Shown: positions 48,401 to 63,742, counted from the stretch's first letter. The stretch is 64,000 nucleotides of DNA from an uncultured Thermoleophilia bacterium (GCA_963707335.1 CAVPQD010000028.1:11993-75992); one strand, 5' to 3'. Made by a program: numbers and translations. The notes: generated from the sequence alone by a model not told the origin.

Positions 48401-49792
48401 GACGCAGGCACCTCCACACTCGGCACGAGGGCGCGACCGGTGACGAAGTCCGCGCCGGTCGCGCTCATCACATGCTGCCGTGCCGAGGGGGTGGAGCGCA
48501 ACCGGGCCTCGCCGCCGAGACGGCTGGCGGCGAGCGCCGCGACGATGGCGTCGTGAGCCTTGGTGGTGCGCCAGTAGTCGAGGTCGTCCGCGTTGCTCAG
48601 GATGGAGAACGCGAGCAGGTGGCCGTCGGCGCTGGTGACATAGCCGGACAGCGCCGCCGCCACCGCCAGGGAGCCGGTCTTGGCGTGCGCGTTGCCCGCC
48701 GCCGCCGTCTTCTGCATGCGGTCCTCCAGCGTGCCGTCCACGCCGGCGAGGGCGAGCGAGTCGTGGTACGCGTCCCAGTCGTCGCGCCGGTACATCGCCA
48801 CGAGCAGCCCCGCGATGTCGCCGGCCGTGAGCCTGTTCTCGTAGCTGAGGCCGGAGCCGTCCGCCAGCCGGTACGAGCCGGGGTCGGCGCCGATCTGAGC
48901 GAGCACGTCGCGGGAGGCCTGCAGGCCGGCGTCGGTGCTGCCCTCGTCGTAGAGGTCGCGACCCAGACCCTTGAGCAGGACCTCCGCGAAGAAGTTGTCG
49001 CTCTCCTTGTTCATGTGTCGGATCAGCCGGTCGAGCGGGGCCGACCACTGGCGCGCCAGGAGCCGCGCGTCGGCCGGCGTCGTGCCGAGCCTGGGCCTGT
49101 CGTCGACCTTGATGCCCGCCTTGCGGAGCGCGGTGGTGAGCAGTTGCGCCGCGTACAGGGCCGGGCTGCGCAGCCGGTTGCCGTCGCGCAGCCCTTCGTC
49201 GGCGGACAGCGCCGCCAGGCGCCCGCACTCCTCCTGCAGGCCCGGCTTCCACGTGACGACGATGCGCCGGCGATCGAACCATGAGTCGTCCGCCACCACC
49301 GCGCCGTGCACGCGGCGCACCCCGGTGGCTTTGAGGCGTCGCACGAAGCCTTCGATGGACGCCGTGCGCAGGTGCAGCTCGTGACGCTGATAGCGGAGGC
49401 TGGAGAGGCTGGGGTCGCCCAGGCCGCGCAGGTACAGGTCGCCGGCGAGCGTGCCGCCGGGCGACAGCCGCCCGTCGGCGAGCAGCTGCGTGGGGATGCG
49501 GTAGTGCCTCGCCCCACGCGAGCAGCGCCGCCGCCGACGTGACGAGCTTGAGATTGGAGGCGGGCTGCAGGGGCGTGGAAGCGTGCAGCTCGTAGACCTC
49601 GGTGCCGGTCTGCAGGTCCCACACGAAGAGGCCCGTGCCCGGCCCGTCGAGGCGCTTCTTGTGCAGGACCGAGTCGATGTGACCAGTGACGTCGGCCGCC
49701 GCCGCGGCCGGCCGCAGGCAGGGGAGGGCGGCGCCCAGCGCGACGACCAGCAGGGCCGCGAGCCCGAGACGGGCGAGGCGGCCCCAGGTCAT
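48397..49792 (-). pseudogene. PBP4 (peptidase S13) family, paralogue 2, frame interrupted once
   Basis: MTWGRLARLGLAALLVVALGAALP (signal)...QPASNLKLVTSAAALLAWG is in the 49828 frame. After about 49505-49512 it continues as HYRIPTQLLADG...NKESDNFFAE...AKTGSL in the 49344 frame. Confidence 0.85.
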
Positions 49793-49832
49793 GCCGTCAG
49801 CTCGCCGCCTGTCGCGCCGCCCCGGCACGCCG

Positions 49833-50039
49833 TCAGCCCGCGGCCTTCCTGGCGCTGGCGATGAGGTCGGCCAGGTCGTTGACGGCGCGGTCCAGGCAGC
49901 GCTTCGTGATGGTGTTGACGGCGCCGGAGTAGCCGTTGGCCCATGCCTGGGCGGCGGACGGGATGGCGAGCAGCGTGAATACGGCGAGCGTGAGGACGAT
50001 GATGCCGCGCCGGCCCCGGCGCGCTTGGCGCGTGGACAT
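49833..50039 (-). CDS. Small secreted/membrane-anchored protein (68 aa), function unknown
   Basis: AGGAGG lies 5 nt upstream of ATG 50039. MSTRQARRGRRGIIVLTLAVFTLLAIPSAAQA is signal-peptide-like with an AQA site, leaving about 36 mature residues. The gene lies 40 nt upstream of PBP4 paralogue 2. Confidence 0.6.
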   Translation of the reverse strand: MSTRQARRGRRGIIVLTLAVFTLLAIPSAAQAWANGYSGAVNTITKRCLDRAVNDLADLIASARKAAG

Positions 50040-50118
50040 GTGAACCTCCTGCTGCGGTCATCTTACGATGACGACCCGCGCAGACGGAAACCGGGTGGTG
50101 GGCGACAGGGCGTACGGC

Positions 50119-50147
50119 TTGACTTGTGGCCGTCCGGCGGCGATAAG
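50119..50147 (+). promoter_or_regulatory. Candidate promoter for the M6 protease gene (TTGACT-17-GATAAG)
   Basis: TTGACT at 50119-50124, a 17-nt spacer, then GATAAG at 50142-50147. This is a motif match only. Confidence 0.3.
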
Positions 50148-50175
50148 AGAAACAGGAATCCTGAAAGGGGCGGGC

Positions 50176-52167
50176 CTGAAGTCGATCCGAATCGTGGTGG
50201 CCGTTGCGGCCGCGCTCGTGGCGCTGTCCGCGGCGAGCTCTGCCGCGGCTCTCGAGCCGCCGCTCCCCGGCGAGCTCGCCAAGTACCGCCAGGACGGCTC
50301 GCTGCCGCAGGCGCCTGGCGCGGGCCCGCGAGCTCGGCACCGAGGGTATCGTGCCCGGCATGCTCAAGGCGGCGGTGCAGCGGCTGCAGCGGTCCGCGCT
50401 GGGCGCGCCGCCGCCGCTCCAGACGCCGCCGCCCGCCTGGCGCGGCATGCCGACCAAGGGCACGGTGAACGTGCTCGCCCTGCCCGATCAGCTTCAGCGA
50501 CTACCCGCCGTACAGCTCGCAGGCCGACCTGCAGGACCGCCTGTTCGGCGACGGCGACCCCGCCGCCTTCCCCTACGAGAGCGTGCACGACTACTACGCC
50601 CGCTCCTCCTACGGGCAGCTGGACATCCAGGGCGACGTGCTGCCCTGGTACGACACAGGCCCGCCTCGCAGCGCCGTGGGCACCTGGAACGGCGCGCAGG
50701 AGGCGCTCATCGAGCAGGCCCTCGACGCCTACGCCGCCGCTCATCCCGGCTGGGACGCCTCCAAGTACGACAACGACGGCGACGGCGTCATCGACTACCT
50801 GATCGTCATCTGGACCGGCCCACACACCGGCTGGTCTGGCTTCTGGTGGGGCTACCAGACGTACTTCTCCGGCGCCTACACCGTCGGCGGCAAGCGGCTG
50901 GGCACCTACTCGTGGCAGTGGGAGCACCAGTACTCGGGCACGCCTCCGGCGGACCGCTCCTACGATCCGCTGGTCACCATCCACGAGACCGGCCACGCCC
51001 TCGGCCTGCCGGACTACTATGACTACGAGCCCGGCATACGGCCCCGACGGCGGCGTCGGCGGCCTGGACATGATGGACAACAACTGGGGCGACCACAACG
51101 TGTTCAGCAAGTGGCTGCTGGACTGGCTCACGCCGCAGGTCATGTCGGACGCCTATGGGCCCCGTCGCGCTGGCGGCGTCCGCGACCGCTCCCGCGGCGC
51201 TCGTCGTCATGCCCGGGGTCGGGGAGCGGCGACGCCTTTCAGGAGTACTTCATCGTCGAGAACAAGGCACGCGTGGCCAACAACATCGACATGCCGGGCG
51301 ACGGGCTCGTCATCTGGCACGTCGACGCCCGTCTGGACCCGTCCACCCGCTATCAGGACTACCTCTACAACAACTCCTACACGCCGCACAAGCTGCTGCG
51401 GCTCATGGAGGCCGACGGCCTGGAGGAGATCAGCGGCCGGCGGCTGGGCGGACGCCGGCGACTTCTACAAGACCGGCAAGACGCTCGGGCCGGCCACCAG
51501 ACCGTCAGGCTACGCCTACGGCAAGGCCAAGCCGGTGGTCGTGCGAGACATAGGCGCGGCGGCCGACCCGATGAGCCTGTTCGCCTCGACGGACTGGGCG
51601 CCGCCGTCCACGACGGTCAGCGGCGCCCCGGCGGGCTGGACGCGCACGCCCGTGACGCTGAGCCTCCTCGCCGCCGACGACGCCAGTGGCGTCGCGAGTA
51701 CCGCGTACAGTCTGGACGGCGGCGCCTGGACGGACGGCTCCGGCCTCATTCTGCCGGCCGACGCGGCGACGCACGGTGGCGACGGCGTCCACGCCGTCGT
51801 CTACCGCTCCATCGACAACGCCGGCAACGTCGAGGCGGACCGCTGCCTCATGGTGCGCATCGACACGGCGGGCCCCACGTGCGAGGCGCCGCTCGCCTCC
51901 AGCGTCAGGCGCGGCGGCGTCGCCAGGCTCTCCTACTCGGTGAGCGACGCGCTCAGCCCGCGGGCGGACGTCACGATCAAGGTGCGGCGCCTCGACGGCA
52001 CCGCGGTCCGTACGCTCCGCGCCGCCGGCGTCACCACGGGCGTGCGCCACACGAAGTCGTTCGCCTGCACGCTGGCCCGCGGCGCGTACACGTATCAGGT
52101 GCGCGCCGTCGATCTTGCCGGCAACCCGCAGACGACGGCCGGCCGGAACACGCTGCGCGTGCGCTGA
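50176..52167 (+). pseudogene. Secreted M6-family (immune inhibitor A-like) zinc metalloprotease with C-terminal Ig-like repeats; about six frame interruptions
   Basis: Signal peptide (L)KSIRIVVAVAAALVALSAASSAAA, zinc site TIHETGHALGLPDYYD, then GGLDMMDNNWGDHNVFSKWLLDWL. The frame changes at about 50305, 50487, 51040, 51160, 51226 and 51442. The codon at the SD-appropriate start position is CTG. Confidence 0.8.
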
Positions 52168-52348
52168 GGGCGCGGGGCTGCGACTCCGCCCGCGCCTCCG
52201 GACTTCGGACGCGCGGAGCCTCCGGGCACCCTGCGCCGCGCGCATCACCTGCGGCTCGTTGGGTACAATGCGACGGGCCCCGTCGCCGCACGGCGAACGG
52301 GGCGTTCGGCGTGCCCTGGGCCCGCCAGTCCCGAGAGATCGGCCGCTG

Positions 52349-55622
<3,274 letters not shown>

Positions 55623-55680
55623 GCGCACACCGCGAGGGCGCGGCGCCGCCGCTGCTCGGGTGGGTCGAGACTGTCCTCGA

Positions 55681-55689
55681 TGCTATAAT
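55681..55689 (+). promoter_or_regulatory. Extended -10 promoter element TGcTATAAT upstream of the PrsA-like gene
   Basis: tgctataat matches TGnTATAAT exactly, in the mfd/prsA-like spacer 52 nt before ATG 55741. Confidence 0.45.
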
Positions 55690-55740
55690 CGACGCCCGCG
55701 TGTCTGCCGACGAGTCCTCTACGCTTGGGAGAGAGCATCA

Positions 55741-56813
55741 ATGAAGAAAGCAATCCTGGCCGCCGTCGTGCTCGCCATGCTGCTGCCGGCGCTGGTCCTC
55801 GCCGGGTGTGGCAAGGACGTACCGGCGGGCGCCATCGCCGCGGTCGGCGACGGCGTGGTCACGCAGCAGCAGTTCGACGAGGTCTGGTCCGAGGCCCAGG
55901 CCCAGTACAAGTCGCAGGGCGTCACCCTGCCCGCGAAGGGCACGGCACAGTACAACCAGATCAGGGCCAGCATCGTGAGCTACCTCGTGCAGAACGAGGT
56001 CATCGCTCAGATCGCGGCCAAGGACTCGGTCGACGTGAAGGTCGACGGCAAGACGGTCTCGGTGCCGATGGGTCTCAAGGTCACCGACAAGGAGCTGCAG
56101 GACCGCGTCAAGCAGGTCAAGCAGCAGGTGGGCGGCGAGAAGAAGTTCGCCACGCTCCTCAAGCAGCAGGGCTACACCCTGGAGGCGCTCAAGTCGCAGC
56201 TCGTCGCCTCCATGCTGCAGGCCAAGGTCCAGCAGAAGGTCGTCGCCAAGATAAAGGTCAGCGACAAGGCCCTGCAGGACTACTTCAACAAGCACAAGGA
56301 CCAGTTCCAGCAGGGCGCTACGGTCGACGCGCGGCACGTGCTGGTCAAGACCAAGGCGGAGGCCGAGAAGGTGCGCGCGCTGCTCGAGGCCAACAACACC
56401 GACGCCAACTGGAAGAAGGTCGCCAAGCAGTACTCCACCGACACCGGCACCAAGAACAACGGCGGCGAGCTGGGCAGCTTCCCCAAGGGCGCATGGTCAA
56501 GCCCTTCTAGGACGCGGCCTTCGCCCTCGGCGTCAACCAGATCTCGGTGCCCGTGAAGACGCAGTACGGCTGGCACGTCATCGAGGTCACCAAGAAGACG
56601 CCGCCGACGAAGCAGACCTTCGAGCAGGCCAAGAGCATGATCCAGCAGACGCTGCTCGCTTCGCAGCAGCAGACCGTGTGGCAGGCCTTCATCGAGCAGG
56701 CGCTCAAGGACGCGGCGGTCAAGTACGGCGCCGGCTTCGACCCGAAGACGCTCACCGCGTCGCCCAGCCCGGCCGCGACGCCGGCGCCGAGCGTCAGCCC
56801 GTCGAGCAAGTAA
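55741..56813 (+). pseudogene. PrsA/SurA-like parvulin peptidyl-prolyl isomerase lipoprotein; one frameshift plus one in-frame TAG
   Basis: Lipobox LVLAGC, and parvulin domain ARHVLVKT...GGELGSFPKG. The frame changes at about 56485-56493 to MVKPF-TAG(56508-56510)-DAAFALGVNQISVPVKTQYGWHVIEV. Confidence 0.82.
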
Positions 56814-56850
56814 GGAGTCGCGCGGCGCACAGGCGCCGCGCGAGACGCGC

Positions 56851-59440
<2,590 letters not shown>

Positions 59441-59622
59441 GCGAAGGCGCCGCCCCTGGGCCGGGGCCGGTGTGAATCCCGCCCGCTGAGCCTCTATAAT
59501 CGGTGAGCAAACGTTCTGTGGAGGGGCGCGGGCAGCCGCACGGCTGCCCGCGCCCCTCGGCATCAGACCGCCGACCATAGTCACGTAGACCGTCCCACAA
59601 GCGACGCGGAGGAAGCGCGAGC

Positions 59623-60421
59623 ATGTATTGTCCCGAGTGCGGCAACGACGCGGGCGACGCCAATTTCTGCCCGGAGTGCGGCGCCGATCTCAAAGGTGTG
59701 AAGGGAGCCCTGGGCTCCAAGGGCGGCCAGCAGGGCGTCCGTACCGACCGGCCAGCAGCGCCGCGCGGGCGGGGGCCAGCCGGCCCCGGCCGCCGCGCCT
59801 GCCGCCAAGCCGGCCACCGGCCGGCTTTCGCCCGCTGTCATCTGGGGCGCGTTCGCGGTCGTCGCCGTCGTCGTGGTCCTCGTGGTCGTCATGGCCTCCG
59901 GCGGTTCCGGCAATGACACCGGCGGCACGACGACGGGCCAGGCGAGCACCCCTGCTACGCCGGTGTCGGCGGACACGAGCGGCAGCTACGACGAGCTGGT
60001 GCAGCGCGCCAACGGCCTCTACGACCAGGGCCAGACCAAGTTCCAGGCCCAGGCGTACGATCAGGGCACGGCCTACTTCGATGCGGCGGCCAAGGTGTAC
60101 GCCGCGGCGTGGAAGCAGGACAAGAGCAGCGCCGGCGTGGGCACGGACTATGCGACCTCGCTGTTCTACAGCGGCCAGATCGACCAGGCTCTCAAGCAGG
60201 TCGAGCTTGTGATCGCCAAGTTCCCGGACTTCCAGAGCGCCTACTTCAACAAGGGCAACTACCTGGCGCACAAGAGCCGGATCGCCGAACAGGATGGCGA
60301 CACCAAGGCGGCCGACGCGGCCACCGCGGCGGCGAAGGCCGCCTACGCCAAGGCGGTCTCCATCGACCCCAGCTCCGCCACCGGGAAGGCCGCCGACCAG
60401 CAGCTGCAAGCCCTGAAGTAG
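59623..60421 (+). pseudogene. Double zinc-ribbon / single-TM / TPR-like protein, frame interrupted once
   Basis: MYCPECGNDAGDANFCPECGADL is in the first frame. After about 59745-59750 it continues as ...KPATGRLSPAVIWGAFAVVAVVVVLVVVMA (TM), then a helical repeat domain (YDQGQTKFQAQAYDQGTAYFDAAAKVY...). Confidence 0.65.
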
Positions 60422-60550
60422 AACCTGACCGAGCCCGGCGGCATCGCGCTCCGCGCGCCGCGGCAGGGAGCGGGGCGGGGCGGGGCGAACTCAACAGGGA
60501 AGGCCGCCAGACCGGCGGTCGCGGCGTGACCGAAGGGCGACGGCAGGCTC

Positions 60551-60991
60551 ATGGCACAGACGGTGACGACACGGAAGGCGGGACGGCCGGCCGCGGGGCG
60601 CGGCGGCCGGGGCCGGCCGCGCCTGCACCTGGGGCGGCTCGCCCTGCTCGCGCTGGTGCTCATCGCCGCGGCGTTCTACGTGTCGCCGCTGCGCGCGTTC
60701 TTCACGCAGCAGGACCGCTACCAGCGCGAGGTCGCGACCTTGCAGGCGGCGCGCGCCGACAAGGCCCGCATGGAGCACGAGATCGAGCTGCTCTCCACCA
60801 AGAGCTACGTAGCGCAGGTCGCTCGCGCCGACTCGATGCTGGTGCCGCCGGACACCCAGGTCTTCGTCGTCCAGGGCCTGCCCGGCAAGGCCGAAGAGGA
60901 AGCCTTCGCCTCGCCGGCGCCGCAGGTCACCCAAGGCTCCTTCTCGGTCCTGGACCGGGTCGAGGACCTCTGGCGCACACTGCTTCGCTGA
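60551..60991 (+). CDS. Septum formation initiator (FtsB/DivIC-like) protein
   Basis: A basic N-terminus and TM (LALLALVLIAAAFYV) are followed by a coiled coil (QREVATLQAARADKARMEHEIELL). The position after eno matches actinobacterial synteny. Confidence 0.8.
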   Translation: MAQTVTTRKAGRPAAGRGGRGRPRLHLGRLALLALVLIAAAFYVSPLRAFFTQQDRYQREVATLQAARADKARMEHEIELLSTKSYVAQVARADSMLVPPDTQVFVVQGLPGKAEEEAFASPAPQVTQGSFSVLDRVEDLWRTLLR

Positions 60992-60995
60992 TCCC

Positions 60996-61634
60996 GTGAG
61001 CCGCCGTCCGTCGCGCCCCCGTCTGGTGAGCGGCGCCGACCTCGCGGTCGTCGCCGCCCAGCTAGGCAGGACGCCGCGCCCGATGAGCCGCGTCGTCAGG
61101 CGCTGCCCCGCCGGTGCGCCGGCCGTGGTCGAGACGTTGCCCTACGACGGGGCCGGCCGGCCGTTCCCGACGCTCTTCTACTGCACCTGCCCCAGCCTCG
61201 TCGCGGCCGTCGGCCGGCTGGAGGACGCCGGCGGGGTGCGCGCCTTCGGCACGCGGGCTGCCGGCGATCCGCGCCTGGCCGAGTCGCTCGCCGCCGCCGT
61301 CTCCTACACACGCCGCCGCCGCCGCGAGCTGGTGCGCCGTTACCGGCCGCCGATGCTCGACGGCGGCGCCTCGCTGCGCACCGGCATCGGCGGCGTCGCC
61401 GACGCGCGGCGCGTCACCTGCCTGCACGCCCACGCCGCTCACGCCCTGGCGCGCCCCGGCTACGAGCTCGGCGAGCGCGTCCTGGACGAGGCCGGCGAGC
61501 TCTGGGACCACGATGGCCTCTGCGCGGCCCGATTGACTGCGGCCGATGCGGCGACGCCCGTGGCGCCGCGTCGTCGCCCGAAGCCGGCGCCACCCACGAC
61601 GCCCGATCGGCCCGCCCGCGGAGCGGCGTCGTGA
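60996..61634 (+). CDS. DUF501-domain protein
   Basis: GRPFPTLFYCTCPSLVAAVGRLE and CLHAHAAHAL are typical of DUF501. It sits in the conserved slot between the septation protein and ppx. Confidence 0.8.
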   Translation: MSRRPSRPRLVSGADLAVVAAQLGRTPRPMSRVVRRCPAGAPAVVETLPYDGAGRPFPTLFYCTCPSLVAAVGRLEDAGGVRAFGTRAAGDPRLAESLAAAVSYTRRRRRELVRRYRPPMLDGGASLRTGIGGVADARRVTCLHAHAAHALARPGYELGERVLDEAGELWDHDGLCAARLTAADAATPVAPRRRPKPAPPTTPDRPARGAAS

Positions 61635-62606
61635 ACGTCGCCGTCGTCGACCTCGGCACCAACACCTGCCGGCTGTTTCTGGCGCGGGTCGAGGGCGGCC
61701 GCGTCGAGACGGTCGAGCGCGTGACGACCGTCGTGCGGCTCGGCCAGGGCGTGGACGCGACCGGGAGGCTGCATCCCGGGGCCGTCGCCCGGACGCGCGA
61801 CTGCCTCGCGCGCTACGCACCGCGCCTCGAGGCCTTCGGCCCGGCGCGCCGCCTGCTGATCGGCACGAGCGTGCTGCGCGACGCGCTCGACGGCCGCGAG
61901 TTCCTCGCGGCCGTCGAGCGCGATCTCGCCCTGCCCTGGCGCCTCCTGGACGGGGAGGAGGAGGGCGCCCTCGCCTTTCGCGGCGGCACGGCCGCCCTGG
62001 CAGCGGGCTCCTCGACCGCCGCGCCGGCGTCGGGCGTCTCCGCGGTCGCCCTCGTCGACATCGGCGGCGGCAGCACCGAGTTCTGCGTCGGCGTGCCCGG
62101 CCGCGGGCCCGACCTGGTGCGCAGCCTGGACATCGGCGCGGTGCGCGTCACCGAGCGCTTCTTCCATGACGACCCGCCGCCGGCCGACGCGCTCGCCGCG
62201 GCCGGACGGCTTCATCCGCGAGGCTATCGCGGTCGGCGTGCCGCCTGCGTCCCGCGTCGCGGCGAGTCACCTCATCGGCGTCGCCGGCACCTACCTGACG
62301 CTCGCCGCGCACAAGCTCGAGCTGCGCGTGTACCGCCGCGAGCTCGTCGACGGCCACGAGCTGACGCTCGCCGACATCGACCAGGCCATCGCGCTCTTCG
62401 CGCGGCTCACCAGCGCCGAGCGCGGTCTGCGCCCCGGCATCCAGAAGGGCCGCGAGGACGTGATCCTCGCCGGCGCCATGATCGCCGCGGCCGCCTGCCG
62501 CGCCTTCGGCCTCGCCGCCGTCACGTGCAGCGAGGCCGACATCCTCGAAGGCGCGGCCCTGGCCCTCGCCGACGGCTCGCTGACGCCGTCGCCGCCGGCG
62601 CCCTGA
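61631..62606 (+). pseudogene. ppx: Exopolyphosphatase / guanosine pentaphosphate phosphohydrolase family, frame interrupted once
   Basis: VVDLGTNTCRLFLA and VDIGGGSTEF are in the first frame. After about 62198-62210 the protein continues as FIREAIAVGVPPASRVAASHLIGVAGTYLTLA... in the 62166 frame. There is a GTGA overlap with DUF501. Confidence 0.85.
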
Positions 62607-62637
62607 CATCCGGCCCGTCGCTCATCGGGTGACGTCC

Positions 62638-62663
62638 GCTGAGGCGCTCTGCGCCGCCTCAGC
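62638..62663 (+). terminator. Hairpin after ppx
   Basis: gctgaggcg (62638-62646) pairs with cgcctcagc (62655-62663) around an 8-nt loop. Confidence 0.45.
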
Positions 62664-62726
62664 GTCCGCCAGGAGTCAAGGCCAAGCACTGCTCCATCTG
62701 CGGTCTGAGTCGTATACTCCCACCGT

Positions 62727-62767
62727 GCCGGAGTGGCGGAACTGGTAGACGCCGGGACTTGAGATCC
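62727..62767 (+). pseudogene. 5' half of a tRNA-Leu(GAG)-like gene, ending in or just after the anticodon loop
   Basis: GCCGGAGTGGCGGAACTGGTAGACGC is a Leu-type acceptor and D arm. It is followed by GGGAC-TTGAGAT (5' anticodon stem strand and GAG loop). The next bases, CCTCA, cannot pair with GGGAC, and no variable arm, T arm or CTCCGGC acceptor strand follows up to 64000. TATACT at 62713-62718 is a -10-like element. Confidence 0.6.
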
Positions 62768-62908
62768 TCAGGGTGCCCCTCTGATGTGGCCCCGTTTTCC
62801 CCACTTTGCAGCACTTTCGCGGATAGGGTCGCAGATTAGTCGTAGAGCCTGAGTCTGCGGTCCGGGCGCGAAATTCCGCCACCGACTCGTGACCAGACGG
62901 GGGCTTCG

Positions 62909-63343
62909 TCATTGCCACAGAGCTAGGTCAGCAGAGCTACGAGCACGGATGCGATTGAGAGCACGATGGAGCACGACAGCTACGCGCGTGGCGAACCTAC
63001 TCTTGCCGTCCTGATCCCGGAGGTCTGCCAGCGCGGCAGCCAGGAGCGGGAAGTTGACCTGGTATGGATACTCGTCGTTCCCGGTGGCGCTCAGCACCTG
63101 CACGACCACGTTCTTCTCTTTCGCGTAGCCGTACTTGTGGTTCAGGTGGTAGTAGAAGCGGCCGAAGACGATGTCGCGGTCAACGCCGAACTCGTCCGCG
63201 ATCTCGATGAGATCAACCGGCACATGCGTCTTCGACGCGCGGCCCGTCCGCGCGTCTTCGTCAGGGTTGGGATAGTCGGCGAAGCGCTCGTAGTAGGTCT
63301 CGTAGACTAAGTCGAGGACCTCGAGGTCGGTCGGATCGTCCAT
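62909..63343 (-). CDS. Hypothetical protein (144 aa as given; probable C-terminal TM anchor in another frame)
   Basis: ATG 63343 is preceded by GGGGGAAG. I recognise no family. From about 62975 a one-base shift gives IVLSIASVLVALLT* (TAG 62923-62925), which would form a hydrophobic C-terminal helix. Confidence 0.55.
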   Translation of the reverse strand: MDDPTDLEVLDLVYETYYERFADYPNPDEDARTGRASKTHVPVDLIEIADEFGVDRDIVFGRFYYHLNHKYGYAKEKNVVVQVLSATGNDEYPYQVNFPLLAAALADLRDQDGKSRFATRVAVVLHRALNRIRARSSADLALWQ

Positions 63344-63397
63344 GGCTTCCCCCAGCGTAGCTGCCCGGAGCTGCTTCCATTCCGGGTCTTCGGTCGA

Positions 63398-63742
63398 TCA
63401 CAACGGCTGGGGCCGCCCCCGAAGGAACGGCCCGTAGCGCCCCGTACTCGTGGCGCGGTCGCAGGTCAGCTGTCGAAGCTTCCGCATCAGATTGAGAGGC
63501 ATGAAGACGGCATCCTCACCGGACAACTTGTTGACGATGTGGCCGGGCCTCTGCGGCGGAAGGTCCTTGTCGAAGTTCACGAGGAAGCCGCCCATCTTCT
63601 CCTGGACCGTCCACGCCGTGCCCTCAGGCGTGTCGACATGATCCCCGACGTTGATCTGGGCCTTCTCAGTCTCCAGATCCACCTTCCCCTTCTCGTAGAG
63701 CTCACGCGCCTGCTCGCGTTCCTCATCGGTCCACTCGGCCAT
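63398..63742 (-). CDS. Hypothetical protein (approximately 114 aa)
   Basis: ATG 63742 is preceded by GGAGGGGAG; the track's TTG at 63754 lies inside that SD. MAEWTDEEREQARELYEKGKVDLE... I recognise no family. Confidence 0.5.
   Translation of the reverse strand: MAEWTDEEREQARELYEKGKVDLETEKAQINVGDHVDTPEGTAWTVQEKMGGFLVNFDKDLPPQRPGHIVNKLSGEDAVFMPLNLMRKLRQLTCDRATSTGRYGPFLRGRPQPL

Noticed and set aside
47129-49828. A single 899-aa giant penicillin-binding protein.
   Set aside because: It resolves into two complete S13-family genes. Each has its own signal peptide and SxxK/SDN/KTG set, and they are joined by a GTGA stop/start overlap at 48397-48400. The long ORF arises from out-of-frame read-through of the upstream gene.
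60466-60485. A canonical G-quadruplex motif (GGG-AGC-GGGG-C-GGGG-C-GGGG) in the spacer upstream of the septation gene.
   Set aside because: G-tract runs of this kind are expected by chance in DNA this G+C-rich, and I have no positional or comparative evidence for function.
62727-63000. A group I intron interrupting the tRNA-Leu anticodon loop, as in cyanobacterial tRNA-Leu(UAA).
   Set aside because: No 3' exon (anticodon-stem 3' strand, variable arm, T arm, CTCCGGC acceptor strand) occurs anywhere downstream within the window. About 150 nt after the break, the downstream sequence is occupied by protein-coding genes on the opposite strand.
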